Of a stretch of 64,000 bases of DNA, positions 21,222 through 31,821 are shown piece by piece. The position numbers and the translations under genes were made by a program. Below the pieces are notes generated by a model. It ran no database searches. It had not been told where the DNA came from and worked only from the letters and a program-made list of their open reading frames with translations. The stretch is from an uncultured Chloroflexia bacterium (lineage in GTDB: Bacteria; Chloroflexota; Anaerolineae; CG2-30-64-16). Positions within the stretch are counted from its first letter, which is position 1. Each line of letters opens with the position of its first letter. The DNA lies in the NCBI GenBank assembly GCA_963810095.1, contig CAWEMM010000006.1, positions 224,001 through 288,000 of the forward strand, written 5' to 3'.

Positions 21222-22532
21222 CTAGGCGGACTTCTGAGTGAACGCGTCGCCCCAGGTGATGGCGGTGCCGTCCCGCGTCAGCAGCAGCGGGGCTGCGCCG
21301 CGGGTGATGCACTCGGCGTTCACCATGCATCGCTCGACCTCGGGGTGCGAGGGGATTTCGTACATGACGTCGAGCAGGCTGCGCTCGATGATCGTACGCA
21401 GGCCCCGCGCGCCGGTCTTCAGCTTCATCGCCTCACGCGCCGCGGCCCGCAGAGCTTCAGGCGTGAACGCCAGCTCGACGTGGTCCAGGTCGAACAGCCG
21501 GGCGTACTGCTTTACCACCGCGTTCTTGGGCTCGGTCAGCACAGAGACCAGCGCCTCTTCGTCCAGCGGGTCGACGTTCACCGTCACGGGCAGCCGGCCC
21601 ACGAATTCGGGAATCATCCCGAACTTGAGCAGGTCGTCGGCTGTAACGTGTTGCAAATAGTGCGTCGTCTGCGCCTCTTTGGTGCGAGGGGCTTCGCCGG
21701 TGGTTTGGAAACCCACCCGGCCTTTGGCGCCCATGCGCTGGCCCACGATGTCTTCCAACCCCGAGAAGGCGCCGCCGCAGATGAAGAGGATATTCTTCGT
21801 GTCGAGGCGAACGAACTCCTGGTTCGGGTGCTTGCGGCCGCCCTGCGGCGGCACGTTCGCAATCGTGCCCTCGATGATCTTCAGGAGGCCCTGTTGCACG
21901 CCCTCGCCCGACACGTCGCGCGTGATCGAAGGGTTGTCTCCGCTCTTGCGGGCGATCTTGTCGATCTCATCCACGTAGACGATGCCGACCGCGGCCCGCT
22001 CCACGTCCCACTCCGCCGCGTGCAGCAACTGCACCAGGATGTTCTCCACATCCTCGCCCACGTAGCCGGCCTCAGTCAGGCCCGTCGCGTCCGCGATCGT
22101 AAACGGGACGTCGAGGATCTTGGCGAGCGTCCGCGCCAGCAGCGTCTTGCCGCAGCCCGTGGGGCCGATGAGCAGGATGTTGCTCTTTTCGAGCTCTACG
22201 CCGCTCGACGGGTCGCCGGGGGTCGTTCCGCTCACGATGCGCTTGTAGTGGTTGTAAACCGCTACGGAGAGCGTCTTCTTCGCACGCGTCTGACCCACGA
22301 CGTACTCGTCGAGCTGGCCCCTGATATCTTTCGGAGGCACAAGGCGCCAGCGGGGCGTGGCAACCGGAGCATCAGCCTTTACGCCGTCCTCGTCCAGCAC
22401 TTCCTGGCACAGCGCAACGCACTCATCGCAGATGAAGACCCCGTCGGGGCCGGCAATGAGGCGGCGCACCTGGCTTTGGTCGCGATGACAGAACGAGCAG
22501 CGCTCGACGTCAACCCTGGCCTTACTTCCCAC
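21222..22532 (-). CDS. clpX: ATP-dependent Clp protease ATPase subunit ClpX
   Basis: CSFC...CDEC zinc domain, [30 protein letters not shown]. Confidence 0.97.
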   Translation of the reverse strand: MGSKARVDVERCSFCHRDQSQVRRLIAGPDGVFICDECVALCQEVLDEDGVKADAPVATPRWRLVPPKDIRGQLDEYVVGQTRAKKTLSVAVYNHYKRIVSGTTPGDPSSGVELEKSNILLIGPTGCGKTLLARTLAKILDVPFTIADATGLTEAGYVGEDVENILVQLLHAAEWDVERAAVGIVYVDEIDKIARKSGDNPSITRDVSGEGVQQGLLKIIEGTIANVPPQGGRKHPNQEFVRLDTKNILFICGGAFSGLEDIVGQRMGAKGRVGFQTTGEAPRTKEAQTTHYLQHVTADDLLKFGMIPEFVGRLPVTVNVDPLDEEALVSVLTEPKNAVVKQYARLFDLDHVELAFTPEALRAAAREAMKLKTGARGLRTIIERSLLDVMYEIPSHPEVERCMVNAECITRGAAPLLLTRDGTAITWGDAFTQKSA

Positions 22533-23158
22533 TATTTTTCAGCCCCTTTTTTCTCCAGCGGATGCAGCACTTCGTCCAACAGGCCATAAGCCTTCGCCTG
22601 GTCCGCTGTCATGTAGCGGTCGCGGTCGGTATCTTCCGCGATGCGCTCCACCGGCTGGCCGGTGTGCCGTGAGAGGATGCCGTTCAGCTCCTCTTTCAGG
22701 CGCAGGATCTCGCGCGCCTGGATCTCGATCTCGGTCGCCTGGCCCTGCGCGCCGCCCAGCGGCTGGTGCATGTGGATGGTCGCATGGGGCAGCGCGTAAC
22801 GCTTGCCCTTCGCGCCCGCCGTCAGCAGGACGGTGCCAAAGCTTGCCGTCACGCCGACCGCGATAGTGCTCACCGGCGCCCGGATCAACTGCATTGTATC
22901 ATAAATGGCCATGCCCGCGTAAACGACGCCGCCAGGGGAATTGATGTAGAGCTGGATGTCCTTCTCCGGGTCCTCCCGGTCGAGGAACAGCAGCTGGGCC
23001 ACGATCACGTTGGCCACCTGGTCGTTGATGCCCGTGCCCAGGAAGATGATGCGTTCCTTGAGCAGCAGGGAATAGATGTCGTACGCGCGCTCGCCGCGGC
23101 CACTGGTCTCGATCACCATCGGAATCAGTGACTGGGGAGTGAGAGGATTGAAGGTCAT
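22532..23158 (-). CDS. clpP: Clp protease proteolytic subunit ClpP
   Basis: [35 protein letters not shown]. Confidence 0.97.
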   Translation of the reverse strand: MTFNPLTPQSLIPMVIETSGRGERAYDIYSLLLKERIIFLGTGINDQVANVIVAQLLFLDREDPEKDIQLYINSPGGVVYAGMAIYDTMQLIRAPVSTIAVGVTASFGTVLLTAGAKGKRYALPHATIHMHQPLGGAQGQATEIEIQAREILRLKEELNGILSRHTGQPVERIAEDTDRDRYMTADQAKAYGLLDEVLHPLEKKGAEK

Positions 23159-23252
23159 AGTACACTCCGTCCTGTTACAGGGCCCCGAGCGGGGCCACCC
23201 AATTCAACGACGGTATTAGACCACAAGAACACCCAAAGGACAGTAGCGCACA

Positions 23253-23296
23253 ACCCCCTCCCCTCTCCGAACCGGGTTCAGGAGAGGGGAGGGGGT
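23253..23296. repeat. 16-bp perfect inverted repeat after tig (REP-like or terminator-like hairpin)
   Basis: ACCCCCTCCCCTCTCC-N12-GGAGAGGGGAGGGGGT. Confidence 0.75.
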
Positions 23297-23308
23297 GGGG
23301 TGGCGTCC

Positions 23309-24754
23309 TTATTCGGCGTCTTCAGCCGGCGCCGGGGGCGCGGGCGTTTCGGGCTCAACGGCGGCCACGGCCGCAGCCGCCGACGCTTCCACTTCAGATG
23401 TCTCCGCGCTCACGGGGCTTTCTGGAGCCGGCGCTTCGCCTGCGGGGACCTGCGCGGCGGCCACCTGGCCGGTCACCAGCGCGCGCAGGTGTTCCAGCGT
23501 GCGGGTGGTGCGGAGGTCCTGGCGGATCATCGAGCGGCCCTGCGGCGAACCGAAGGCTTCGAGGATGGCGTCGCGCGTTTCTTCCTTCTCGACGCCCTGG
23601 ACCATGCGCTGGAGCTCGGCCTCCACATCCTCGTCGCTCACCTCGAGGCCTTCGCGTCGGGCCAGCTCGGCCAAGACCAATTGGCCTTGCACGCGTCGTT
23701 CGGCGGCGGGCTCGAGTTCCTGGTGGTACTGCTCCATGGTCTTGCCCTGCAGTCGCAGCGAGTCTTCCAGCGTGTAGCCGATCTGCTTCATCCGCTGTTC
23801 CATGTCGTGCATCATGTCGTGCACGGTGTCGTCGACGACGATGGGCGGATAAGAGAGCGTTGCCCGCCCGATCAGGGCCTCGATGGCCTGGTCGTTCAGG
23901 GTATTCTCGGCCTCGGTCTCGCGCTGCTTCTTGAGCTCGGCCAGCTTCTTCGTGCGGTAGTCGGCCACGTCGGTGTATTCGCCGAGAGTCTTGACGAAGT
24001 CGTCATTCAGCTCGGGTGTCACCTTGGCGCGCACTTCCTTGACGTTCACCTTGAAGTGCGCGGTCTGGCCCTTGTACTTCGAGAGGGAGTCCTCGGGATA
24101 GGTGATGTCGAACTCTTTCTCGTCGCCCGCCGACAGGCCTACGAAGGCTTCGTCGAAGCCGGGCAGCCAGCCGCTCTCGCCGCGCAGGGTCAGCTCCCAG
24201 TCCTTGTTGTCCATGATCGAGTTCTCGCCGACTGCGCCGGCGATGTCGACCTTCACCATGTCGCCCAGCTCGGCCGGACGCTCGACGACGTCGTGCTTGG
24301 CCTGCGCCGCGCGGGCGAGCTCGAGGGTCTCATCGACATCGGCCTCGGTCACCTCGGTAGAAGGCGCTTCGATGCGCAGGTCGCTGTAGTCGCCGAGCGA
24401 GACGGTCGGGCGCAGGGGCACGACCAGCTTGAACTTGATTTCAGGGTCGACCTGCACGTCTTCCAGTGCGGCCTGACCGTACGGCTCGAACTCGTTGCGC
24501 TCGAGCACTTCCGTATAAACTTCTTGCCCCAGGTCGTCCACGATCTCGCCCAGCAGCGCCGGCTTGCCATACATGCGAACGACGTGGGCGTAGGGCGCCT
24601 TGCCCGGCCGGAAACCCGGGATCTTCGCCTTGCGTGAAACGAGCTTCACCGCGCGGTCGAGCGCCTGCTGCGTGCGTTCCGGCCCAAGTTCGATGGTCAG
24701 GTCGAGCTGATGATCCTCGCGCGGGTTGGTGGTGACTTTCAATTCTTCGGCCAA
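23309..24754 (-). CDS. tig: Trigger factor
   Basis: IPGFRPGKAP ribosome-binding motif; FKBP domain; tig-clpP-clpX order; TTG start with GGAGG SD. Confidence 0.95.
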   Translation of the reverse strand: MAEELKVTTNPREDHQLDLTIELGPERTQQALDRAVKLVSRKAKIPGFRPGKAPYAHVVRMYGKPALLGEIVDDLGQEVYTEVLERNEFEPYGQAALEDVQVDPEIKFKLVVPLRPTVSLGDYSDLRIEAPSTEVTEADVDETLELARAAQAKHDVVERPAELGDMVKVDIAGAVGENSIMDNKDWELTLRGESGWLPGFDEAFVGLSAGDEKEFDITYPEDSLSKYKGQTAHFKVNVKEVRAKVTPELNDDFVKTLGEYTDVADYRTKKLAELKKQRETEAENTLNDQAIEALIGRATLSYPPIVVDDTVHDMMHDMEQRMKQIGYTLEDSLRLQGKTMEQYHQELEPAAERRVQGQLVLAELARREGLEVSDEDVEAELQRMVQGVEKEETRDAILEAFGSPQGRSMIRQDLRTTRTLEHLRALVTGQVAAAQVPAGEAPAPESPVSAETSEVEASAAAAVAAVEPETPAPPAPAEDAE

Positions 24755-24775
24755 GGGAAACCTCCGCTAACATCT

Positions 24776-24854
24776 AACGAGTAACCAGCAAAGGGCGAAA
24801 CGCTCATTGCTGGCGCCCTGCCAACAACATTTCGCCCTTTGCTCGTTACTCGTT
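24776..24854 (-). promoter_or_regulatory. Long hairpin occupying the tig 5' leader
   Basis: AACGAGTAAC-c-AGCAAAGGGCGAAA ... TTTCGCCCTTTGCT-c-GTTACTCGTT; minus-strand TATAAT at 24861-24866. Confidence 0.7.
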
Positions 24855-24872
24855 TCGACCATTATACCCGTA

Positions 24873-24951
24873 AAACACAAAGGCACAAAGACACGAAGGT
24901 TTGGTTCCTGGAGCCGATTTTCAGGCCTTTGCGTCCTTGTGTCTTTGCGTC
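24873..24951. repeat. ACACAAAG-family inverted repeat, copy 5
   Basis: AAACACAAAGGCACAAAGACACGAAGG ... CCTTTGCGTCCTTGTGTCTTTGCGTC, just 3' of the mutL stop. Confidence 0.85.
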
Positions 24952-24960
24952 GCGACCGTC

Positions 24961-26818
24961 TTAAATCCGCCCGAACTGCTTCGCCAGCTCCAATGCGCTC
25001 ATATAGACCATGGTTGGCCGGCCGTGCGGGCACGTGCGGGGCGAGCGGCAGCCTTCCAGCCGGCGGACGAGCTCCTGCATCTCGGCCATGGTCATCGGCG
25101 TGTTGCCTTTGATCGCCGCCCGCTTGCAGATCAACGTGATCAGCCGAGCCTCGTGCGCCGACTCGACCACGTCGTCGCGCTGGCCCAGGCCGTCCAGGAT
25201 TTCGACGACGGCCCGCGCGGGTTGGCCGCCGCGGGCCAGGATGCCGGGAACGGCGCGGAGCAGGTAGGAACTGCCGCCGAATGGCTCGAGCGCGAGCCCG
25301 AGGTCGGCCAGCGTGGCCAACTCCTCGGCGGCAACCGCGGCCTGCTCGGGCGACAAGTCGATCACGACGGGCTCGAGGAGCGGCTGAATGGCAAGCGTCT
25401 TGCTCAGGTGGTCGGCAAGCATCTGCTCGTACAGCACCCGCTCGTGCGCCGCATGCTGGTCGATCAGGTACATGCCGTCCGGCCCCTCGGCGACGACGTA
25501 GGTGGCCGCAAGCTGGCCCACGACGCGCAGAATCGGCATCAGCCGGCCGGGCTCCGCGGGCGGCGACACGGGCGAAGCAGGATGGCCCCCCCGTTCTGAG
25601 TCCGGCCCCCATGGTCCGGTCTCGGGCTCGTGGCGCAGGGGCATGGGCGCCTGTCCGCCCTTGCCGGCATGCAGCAACGCCTCGCGCCGCTCGACCCACC
25701 CCCTCGTCTGCGCCAGGTCACCCGGCGAGACACCTCCGGAGCCGCCGTCTTCGTGCGGCCACGCGCCGGGGATGACAGTGGCCCCGCCGGGGTTTGCCTC
25801 GGGAATGGGCGCGTGCTCGACGAGCGCACGGCGCACGGCCCGCTGGACCGCGCCGAAGATCGCGTTCGGGATCGCGGAAGCGGACTTCTGCCTTCGTCGG
25901 ATGGACGTTGACATCCACATCCGCGGGGTCGACCTCGAGGAAGATCACCGCCACCGGATAGCGGCCGACGGGAAGCAAGGTGTGATACGCCTGGATCACC
26001 GAGTAGGCGATAGAAGTGTCCTGGAACCAACGGTGATTGACGAACAGCGTGATGTAGCCGCGGTTGCCGCGATGCAGCGACGGCACGCCCGCAAAGCCGG
26101 TGACTCGGGCAGCCGCCGGCCGGTCGGAAGCGCCCGGCGCGTCGCCGCCCACGGGGAACATCTGCTTCGCCGTCTCCAGCCCATATACCTTGGCCAGCAC
26201 GTCGCTCAGCTTGCCCGAACCAGTGGATTGAAAGACGAGCTTGCCGTCGGACACGAGGGAGAATCGACGGTCGGGATAGGCGAGAGCGTAGCGGGTGACG
26301 ACCTGCTGGATGTGCGCGGCCTCGGTCGCGGGCTGCTTGAGGAACTTGAGGCGCGCGGGCACGTTGGCGAAGAGGTGTTCGACGGCGATCGTGGTCCCGA
26401 CCGGCGCACCTCGCAGGCCGTGCTCGACCTCGCGTCCCTCTGTGAGCCGGAGAAACGTCCCGGCGTCCGCGCCGGCCGCGTGGGTCAGCAACGAGACGTG
26501 GGCGACCGACGCGATGCTGGCAAGCGCCTCGCCCCGAAAGCCAAGCGTGGTGATATGCCCGAGATCGTCGGTCGACGTGAGCTTGCTGGTCGCGTGGCGC
26601 AGGAAGGCAACGCTCACCTCGTCTGCCGGAATGCCCGAGCCGTCGTCCTGCACCCGGATCAGGCGCCGGCCGCCCTCACGGATTTCGACCCGAATGTCGC
26701 GGCCGCCGGCATCGAGGCTGTTCTCGATGAGTTCCTTAACCGCAGACGCGGGCCGCTCGACCACTTCGCCGGCGGCGATCTGGTTGGCGACTTCGGGCGC
26801 AAGAACACGAATCGGCAT
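24961..26818 (-). CDS. mutL: DNA mismatch repair endonuclease MutL (frame break near 25870)
   Basis: NQIAAGEVVERP, GFRGEAL, DVNVHPTK; C-terminal DQHAAHER and CPHGRP. Confidence 0.95.
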
Positions 26819-26957
26819 GCAGCGGATTGTACCACAGGGTGGCAAACGGGTTGCCCGGCCAACGCGCCTCTCCTCGCCAGGGCGAGAAGGCGCATCCCAC
26901 GGAAAGCGCTTTTTGGGGAGCGGGCACAAGGGGGCGCTGAGCGGCGTTAAGTGATCC

Positions 26958-28157
26958 ATGCAAACAAAGTGGGAGGGGCCCGGCGCCCGGGCTGACCTCG
27001 CGGAGCGGATCAACCTGCTGCGGGGCATCGCCATTATCGCCGTGATCGCGATCCACACGTCCGCGCATTTCACGTATGTCGAGCAACTCTCGCCAGTAGT
27101 CTATGCCGTCTCCGTCGTCGATGTGTTTGCGCACTTTGCGGTGCCGCTGTTCGTGTTCCTGTCGGGCATCACACTCACCATGCGCTACGGGCCGGCGGCA
27201 CCTATTAGCCCTCGGAGCTTCTATGCCCGGCGGCTGGCGAAGATCGTTCCGCCCTACATAGTTTTCTCATTCCTGTATCTCGTCCTGTTCGCGGCCGAAT
27301 ATCACCAGGTCCCTGCCGCGCCGTGGGTCATCCTGGCCCTTGCGACCGGCGGCGCGTACTACCATCTGTGGTTCGTGGCGCTGCTCGTACAACTCTACCT
27401 GCTCTTTCCGCTGCTCAGGCGTCTGCTCGGGGGGGCTCGGAGCCGGGCCGCGATCGGCCGGCTGCTGTTTGGTGCGCTGCTGCTGCAACTGGCCTGGAAT
27501 ATAGGGGCGCCCCTCCTGGCCTCTGCGCTGCCGTCGCGGCCGCTCGTGGAGACACTCCTGTCGAACCGGGTGTTCCTGTCGCACGTTTTCTATTTCATGT
27601 TGGGCATGGTCGCCGGGGCCAACATCACGAACTTTGACCGTCGGGTGCGGGCGCTTCCGACCGTGGCCCTGGCGCTCACTATCGCAGCACTCGTCGCAGG
27701 AACGTCAGTCGTGTGGATCCTTGCCATGCAGCGCTACGGCCGCCTCGACGCGGCGCCGGCCGGCGCGTTCGTCGCGAGCCTGGCGGTTGAGCCCCTGCTC
27801 TTCGTGGCTTCGATCGTCCTGGCATGGCAGGCGTGCGCCCGCCTGTCGCAGATGGCGAGATCACCGCGGGCGGACGCAGTCAGGGCCGGCCTGGCGCGGC
27901 TGGGCATCCTGTCGCTTCCCATCTATCTGGTCCATGTCCTGTTGCAATGGCTGCTGCGGCGCAGCCTGCTCGCGTTCGACCTCACCCCCGCCGTGTGGGG
28001 CTTCTATCCCCTGATGTTCGTCCTGACGCTGTTGCTGAGCTATACCGCTGCCCGGCTCTTCGCACGCCTGCCCTATGGCGAAACCCTCACCGGTGCGCCA
28101 AGCGAATTGGAGGGCTGGCAAGCGCTGCCGGCCACACCCGCCCCCGACGAAGCCTGA
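26958..28157 (+). CDS. Acyltransferase family 3 (OafA-like) membrane protein
   Basis: LRGIAIIAVIAIH, FAVPLFVFLSG, YHLWFV...QLYLLFP, IYLVH. Confidence 0.9.
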   Translation: MQTKWEGPGARADLAERINLLRGIAIIAVIAIHTSAHFTYVEQLSPVVYAVSVVDVFAHFAVPLFVFLSGITLTMRYGPAAPISPRSFYARRLAKIVPPYIVFSFLYLVLFAAEYHQVPAAPWVILALATGGAYYHLWFVALLVQLYLLFPLLRRLLGGARSRAAIGRLLFGALLLQLAWNIGAPLLASALPSRPLVETLLSNRVFLSHVFYFMLGMVAGANITNFDRRVRALPTVALALTIAALVAGTSVVWILAMQRYGRLDAAPAGAFVASLAVEPLLFVASIVLAWQACARLSQMARSPRADAVRAGLARLGILSLPIYLVHVLLQWLLRRSLLAFDLTPAVWGFYPLMFVLTLLLSYTAARLFARLPYGETLTGAPSELEGWQALPATPAPDEA

Positions 28158-28248
28158 CCGGTCCCCACGGCGAGACCCTGACAGCCACGTTCCGCCGCAC
28201 GCAACCCCGGCCACGAATGACGAGTTTTGCACAAGTCGAGTGCAATGC

Positions 28249-28278
28249 TTGACAAGTCATGACGCACCGCGTTATACT
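28249..28278 (+). promoter_or_regulatory. Sigma70 promoter TTGACA-18-TATACT for the TetR/beta-oxidation operon
   Basis: TTGACA 28249-28254; TATACT 28273-28278; second TGtTATAAT at 28331-28339. Confidence 0.7.
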
Positions 28279-28292
28279 GTCTCTCAGTCAGT

Positions 28293-28311
28293 AACTGACC
28301 GCCGGTCAGTT
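28293..28311. promoter_or_regulatory. Perfect 9-1-9 palindrome, probable TetR operator
   Basis: AACTGACCG-C-CGGTCAGTT between the two promoter elements upstream of tetR. Confidence 0.7.
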
Positions 28312-28458
28312 CGCCCCGGATTGCTACCTCTGTTATAATCTTCACATACGGCTGCCCCATTTACTGCTAATCTAGTGTGCACCGGCCCCAACGATGGGGT
28401 ACGGCCGTCGAACCTGTCGACCTGTTGGTGTGAACGTATCGGGTTGAGTAGAGGGGTG

Positions 28459-29167
28459 ATGATGGCAACGCAGGATCGCCGAGAGCAGGACCGGGCCCGT
28501 CGCAAGAACGACATCCTCATGTCCGCGCGCGGTCTTCGCCCAAGACGGCTTCCGGGGGGCCACGGTCGACCAAATCGCCCAACGCGCCGAGGTTGCCAAA
28601 GGCACCATCTACCTCTACTTCGAAACCAAAGAAGCCATCATGGCCGAACTCATCCTGATGGCGCTGGCCGACCTCCAGGGCCAGCTCCGCGTCGCAGTCG
28701 AATCCCAATCCATCCTGCAACCCGACGGCCGGCTGCGTGCCATGGCCGAAGCCTACCTCGCCTTCTCCCAGCGCTCACCTGACTACTTCCGGCTCCTAAC
28801 CGCTTTCGATGGCGGCGATCTGGGCGAGAACCTGTCGCCCCAGCGCAACCAACTGATCCTTGCCGCGTCCAACCGCACGCTCGACCTGGTAGCCCAGGCC
28901 GTGGCGGACGGTGTCGCGCTTGGCATGTTCGCCGTCCGCGACGCGCGGCAGGCGGCCGCGGTGCTCTGGGCCGGGCTGAACGGCTCGCTGGCGCTCCTTG
29001 CGCATCCGATCCGCCGGACCATGATTCAAACGGATCTGCCCGGCCTGTATCATGCAACTTTGGAGCTCTTGCTGAAAGGGCTGACCTGCGCCGACGAGGC
29101 CAGTGAGGTCGAAGAACGCGACCCTACCACCAAGACACCAAGACACGAAGGGGCACAAAGAGCCTGA
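28459..29167 (+). CDS. TetR/AcrR family regulator (frame break near 28530)
   Basis: RRKNDILMSAR / VFAQDGFRGATVDQIAQRAEVAKGTIYLYFETKE helix-turn-helix. Confidence 0.88.
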
Positions 29168-29205
29168 GAACTATGTGTCTCTTCGTGTCTTGGTGTCCGG
29201 GTGGT
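29126..29205. repeat. ACACAAAG-family inverted repeat, copy 6, overlapping the tetR 3' end
   Basis: ACCACCAAGACACCAAGACACGAAG ... CTTCGTGTCTTGGTGTCCGGGTGGT; the left arm is translated as TTKTPRHEG. Confidence 0.85.
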
Positions 29206-29235
29206 AAAGATGAGCTTTACTAAGGAGAGGATGGT

Positions 29236-30441
29236 ATGAAGGAAGTCGTCATCAGCAACCCAATACGGACGGCCATCGGCAGCTTCGGCGGCGCACTAAA
29301 AACGGTACCTGCGTACGACCTGGCAAAGATCGTCATGCAGCGCGTGCTGGCCGACTCGGGTGTGGACGCCGCTCGCTTGACTGAAGTCATTTTTGGCAAC
29401 ATCGGCATGCCCTCTGAGGCGGCCAACATCGCCCGCGTCTCGGCCCTCTATGCGGGCATCCCGAAAGAGGTGCCCGCCTACACCGTGCAGCGCAACTGCG
29501 CCTCGGGCATGGAGTCCATGCACAGCGCCTTCAACGCGATCCAGGCGGAAGACGGCGACCTCTACCTGGTGGGCGGCACGGAGAACATGAGCGCCATCCC
29601 CTACGTGGTCAAAGGCGCACGCTGGGGCCTCAAGCTCCGCCATTCGGAATTCACCGACGCCCTGTGGGAAGGGCTCACCGACCCGACCTGCAACCTGATC
29701 ATGGGCGGGACGGCCGAGAACATCGCCGAGCAGTGCAACCTCACCCGTGAGGAACAGGACCAGTACGCGGTGATGAGCCACAAAAAGGCCTTCATGGCCA
29801 CTCGCACGGGCAAGTTCAAGGACGAAATCGTGCCCGTCGAAGTGGTGAAGAAGGCGGCCGGCCAGGAAGTCGCGAAGGAGTCGATCACACAGGACGAGAG
29901 CATCAACCCCGGCCTGACGGTTCAGAAGGCCGCCCTCTACCCGACCGTCTTCAAGAAGGGCGGCTCGGTCACGCCGGCGAACGCCTGCCCGATGAATGAC
30001 GGCGCGGCAGCGATGCTGCTGAGCACGGCGGAGGCCGCGGAGCAACTGGGCCTCAAGCCGATGGGGCGCATACTGGGCTTTGCGGTAACGGGCGTCGATC
30101 CCGCGTACATGGGCCTGGGGCCGGCGACCGCGCTGCCCAAGGCGCTGAAGCGGGCCGGCCTGAAATATGACCAGCTCGACCTGGTCGAGATCAACGAGGC
30201 GTTCGCCGCACAGGTGCTGGGCGTGGCAAAGTCGATGCAGGCCGACGGGCATGGCTGGGACTTCGACAAGACCAACGTCAACGGCGGCGCGATCGCGCTG
30301 GGCCATCCCGTCGGCGCGTCGGGCTCACGCATTGTGGTCACCCTGCTGCACGAGATGAAGCGGCGGAACGCGCGCTACGGCGCGGCCACGCTCTGCGTCG
30401 GCGGCGGTCAAGGCTCGGCGGTGGTGGTGGAGAGGCTATAG
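29236..30441 (+). CDS. Acetyl-CoA C-acyltransferase (thiolase)
   Basis: RNCASG, NEAFA, GGAIALGHPVGASG, LCVGGGQG. Confidence 0.95.
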   Translation: MKEVVISNPIRTAIGSFGGALKTVPAYDLAKIVMQRVLADSGVDAARLTEVIFGNIGMPSEAANIARVSALYAGIPKEVPAYTVQRNCASGMESMHSAFNAIQAEDGDLYLVGGTENMSAIPYVVKGARWGLKLRHSEFTDALWEGLTDPTCNLIMGGTAENIAEQCNLTREEQDQYAVMSHKKAFMATRTGKFKDEIVPVEVVKKAAGQEVAKESITQDESINPGLTVQKAALYPTVFKKGGSVTPANACPMNDGAAAMLLSTAEAAEQLGLKPMGRILGFAVTGVDPAYMGLGPATALPKALKRAGLKYDQLDLVEINEAFAAQVLGVAKSMQADGHGWDFDKTNVNGGAIALGHPVGASGSRIVVTLLHEMKRRNARYGAATLCVGGGQGSAVVVERL

Positions 30442-30445
30442 TCTT

Positions 30446-30501
30446 AACACAAAGGCACAACGGCACCAGCGTCCTTCTTTGTGCCTTCGTGTCTTTGTGT
30501 T
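30446..30501. repeat. ACACAAAG-family inverted repeat, copy 7
   Basis: AACACAAAGGCACAACGGCAC ... CTTTGTGCCTTCGTGTCTTTGTGTT. Confidence 0.85.
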
Positions 30502-30534
30502 GAGCGTCCGATTGGCTAAGAAGGAGGATTCAGC

Positions 30535-31743
30535 ATGTACATATTCAAGGCGGCGGTCGTCGGCGCGGGGACGATGGGCGGCGAGATTGCACAGGTGATT
30601 TCGTTCAGCGGCCTGCCGGTCGTCCTGAAAGACGTCGACCAGAAAATGCTCGACAAGGGCATGGAGACGGTCCGGCACATCTACCAGAGCCGGGTGGACA
30701 AGGGCAAGATGAGCGCGGGCGAGATGGAGAGCAAGATCAGCCTCATCGAGCCCAGCCTCACCTACGACAGCTTCTCGGACGTCGACATCGTGATCGAAGC
30801 GGTGCCCGAGAAGATGGCGATCAAGAAGAAGGTGTTTGCCGAGCTGGACAGCGTCTGCCCGGAGACCACCATTCTCGCCAGCAACACCTCGGCCCTCTCG
30901 GTGAGCGAGATGGGCGCGGCCACCCAGCGGCCGGGCAAGGTAATTGGCCTGCACTTCTTCAACCCCGCGCACGTGATGAAGCTGATCGAGGTGATCCCCG
31001 GGCTGGAGACGGCGCAGGATACGACGGACGACGTGGTGATGTTTGCCGAGTCGCTGCGCAAGCTGCCCGTTGTCGTGCGCGAATGCCCCGGCTTTCTGGT
31101 CAACCGCTTGCTGGGCCCCTATCTGAATGAGGCCACCTACTGCCTCCAGGAGGGCGCGGCCTCGGCCACGGAAATCGACGAAGCGCTGCGCGACTTCGGC
31201 ATGCCCATGGGCGCGTTCATCCTCTCCGACACGGTCGGGCTGGACATCGCCACCCACGCGGGCGAGCAGATGCATCGCGAATACGGCGTGCGCATGGAAC
31301 TGCCGCAGCTGATGTACCGGATGTTGGAAGCCGGGCGGCTCGGCGAAAAGGCGGGCAAGGGCATCTATGGCTACGGCGGCGAGGACGATGCCAATATTAG
31401 CGAGATCGCCGGGGACCTGAAGCGCGAGGGGAGCGTCTTCACGCCCGAACGGGTGATTTACCCGATGGTCAACGAGGCCGTCATCGCGCTGACCGAGCAC
31501 GTTGCAAACCCCGCGGACATCGACATGGCTTGCATCGCCGGCCTCGGCATGACATACAAGGGCGACCGGAAGGGCCCGCTGGCGATTGCAGACGAGATCG
31601 GGCTGGACTGCATCCTGGAAGAGCTGGAAAACTTGCAGAAGCAGTACGGGGAACGCTTCCGCCCGGCCTGGCTGCTGCGCCAGAAGGTCAACGCGGGACA
31701 CTTGGGCGTCAAGTCGGGCCGTGGCTTCCACGAGTACGCATGA
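30535..31743 (+). CDS. 3-hydroxyacyl-CoA dehydrogenase with duplicated C-terminal domain
   Basis: GAGTMG, IEAVPE, SNTSAL, GLHFFNPA, GFLVNR. Confidence 0.93.
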   Translation: MYIFKAAVVGAGTMGGEIAQVISFSGLPVVLKDVDQKMLDKGMETVRHIYQSRVDKGKMSAGEMESKISLIEPSLTYDSFSDVDIVIEAVPEKMAIKKKVFAELDSVCPETTILASNTSALSVSEMGAATQRPGKVIGLHFFNPAHVMKLIEVIPGLETAQDTTDDVVMFAESLRKLPVVVRECPGFLVNRLLGPYLNEATYCLQEGAASATEIDEALRDFGMPMGAFILSDTVGLDIATHAGEQMHREYGVRMELPQLMYRMLEAGRLGEKAGKGIYGYGGEDDANISEIAGDLKREGSVFTPERVIYPMVNEAVIALTEHVANPADIDMACIAGLGMTYKGDRKGPLAIADEIGLDCILEELENLQKQYGERFRPAWLLRQKVNAGHLGVKSGRGFHEYA

Positions 31744-31756
31744 TGATTTAGGCGAG

Positions 31757-31796
31757 GCGTTTGGGCGCCGGCCGGGCAAAGCCGGCGCCCAAACGC
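31757..31796. repeat. 16-bp perfect intergenic hairpin
   Basis: GCGTTTGGGCGCCGGC-N8-GCCGGCGCCCAAACGC. Confidence 0.8.
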
Positions 31797-31821
31797 GCAT
31801 CTGTGATGAGGGAGCAAAAGC

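Noticed and set aside
23220-23243. Additional ACACAAAG-family copy between tig and clpP
   Set aside because: Only a weak left-arm resemblance with broken periodicity and no partner arm.
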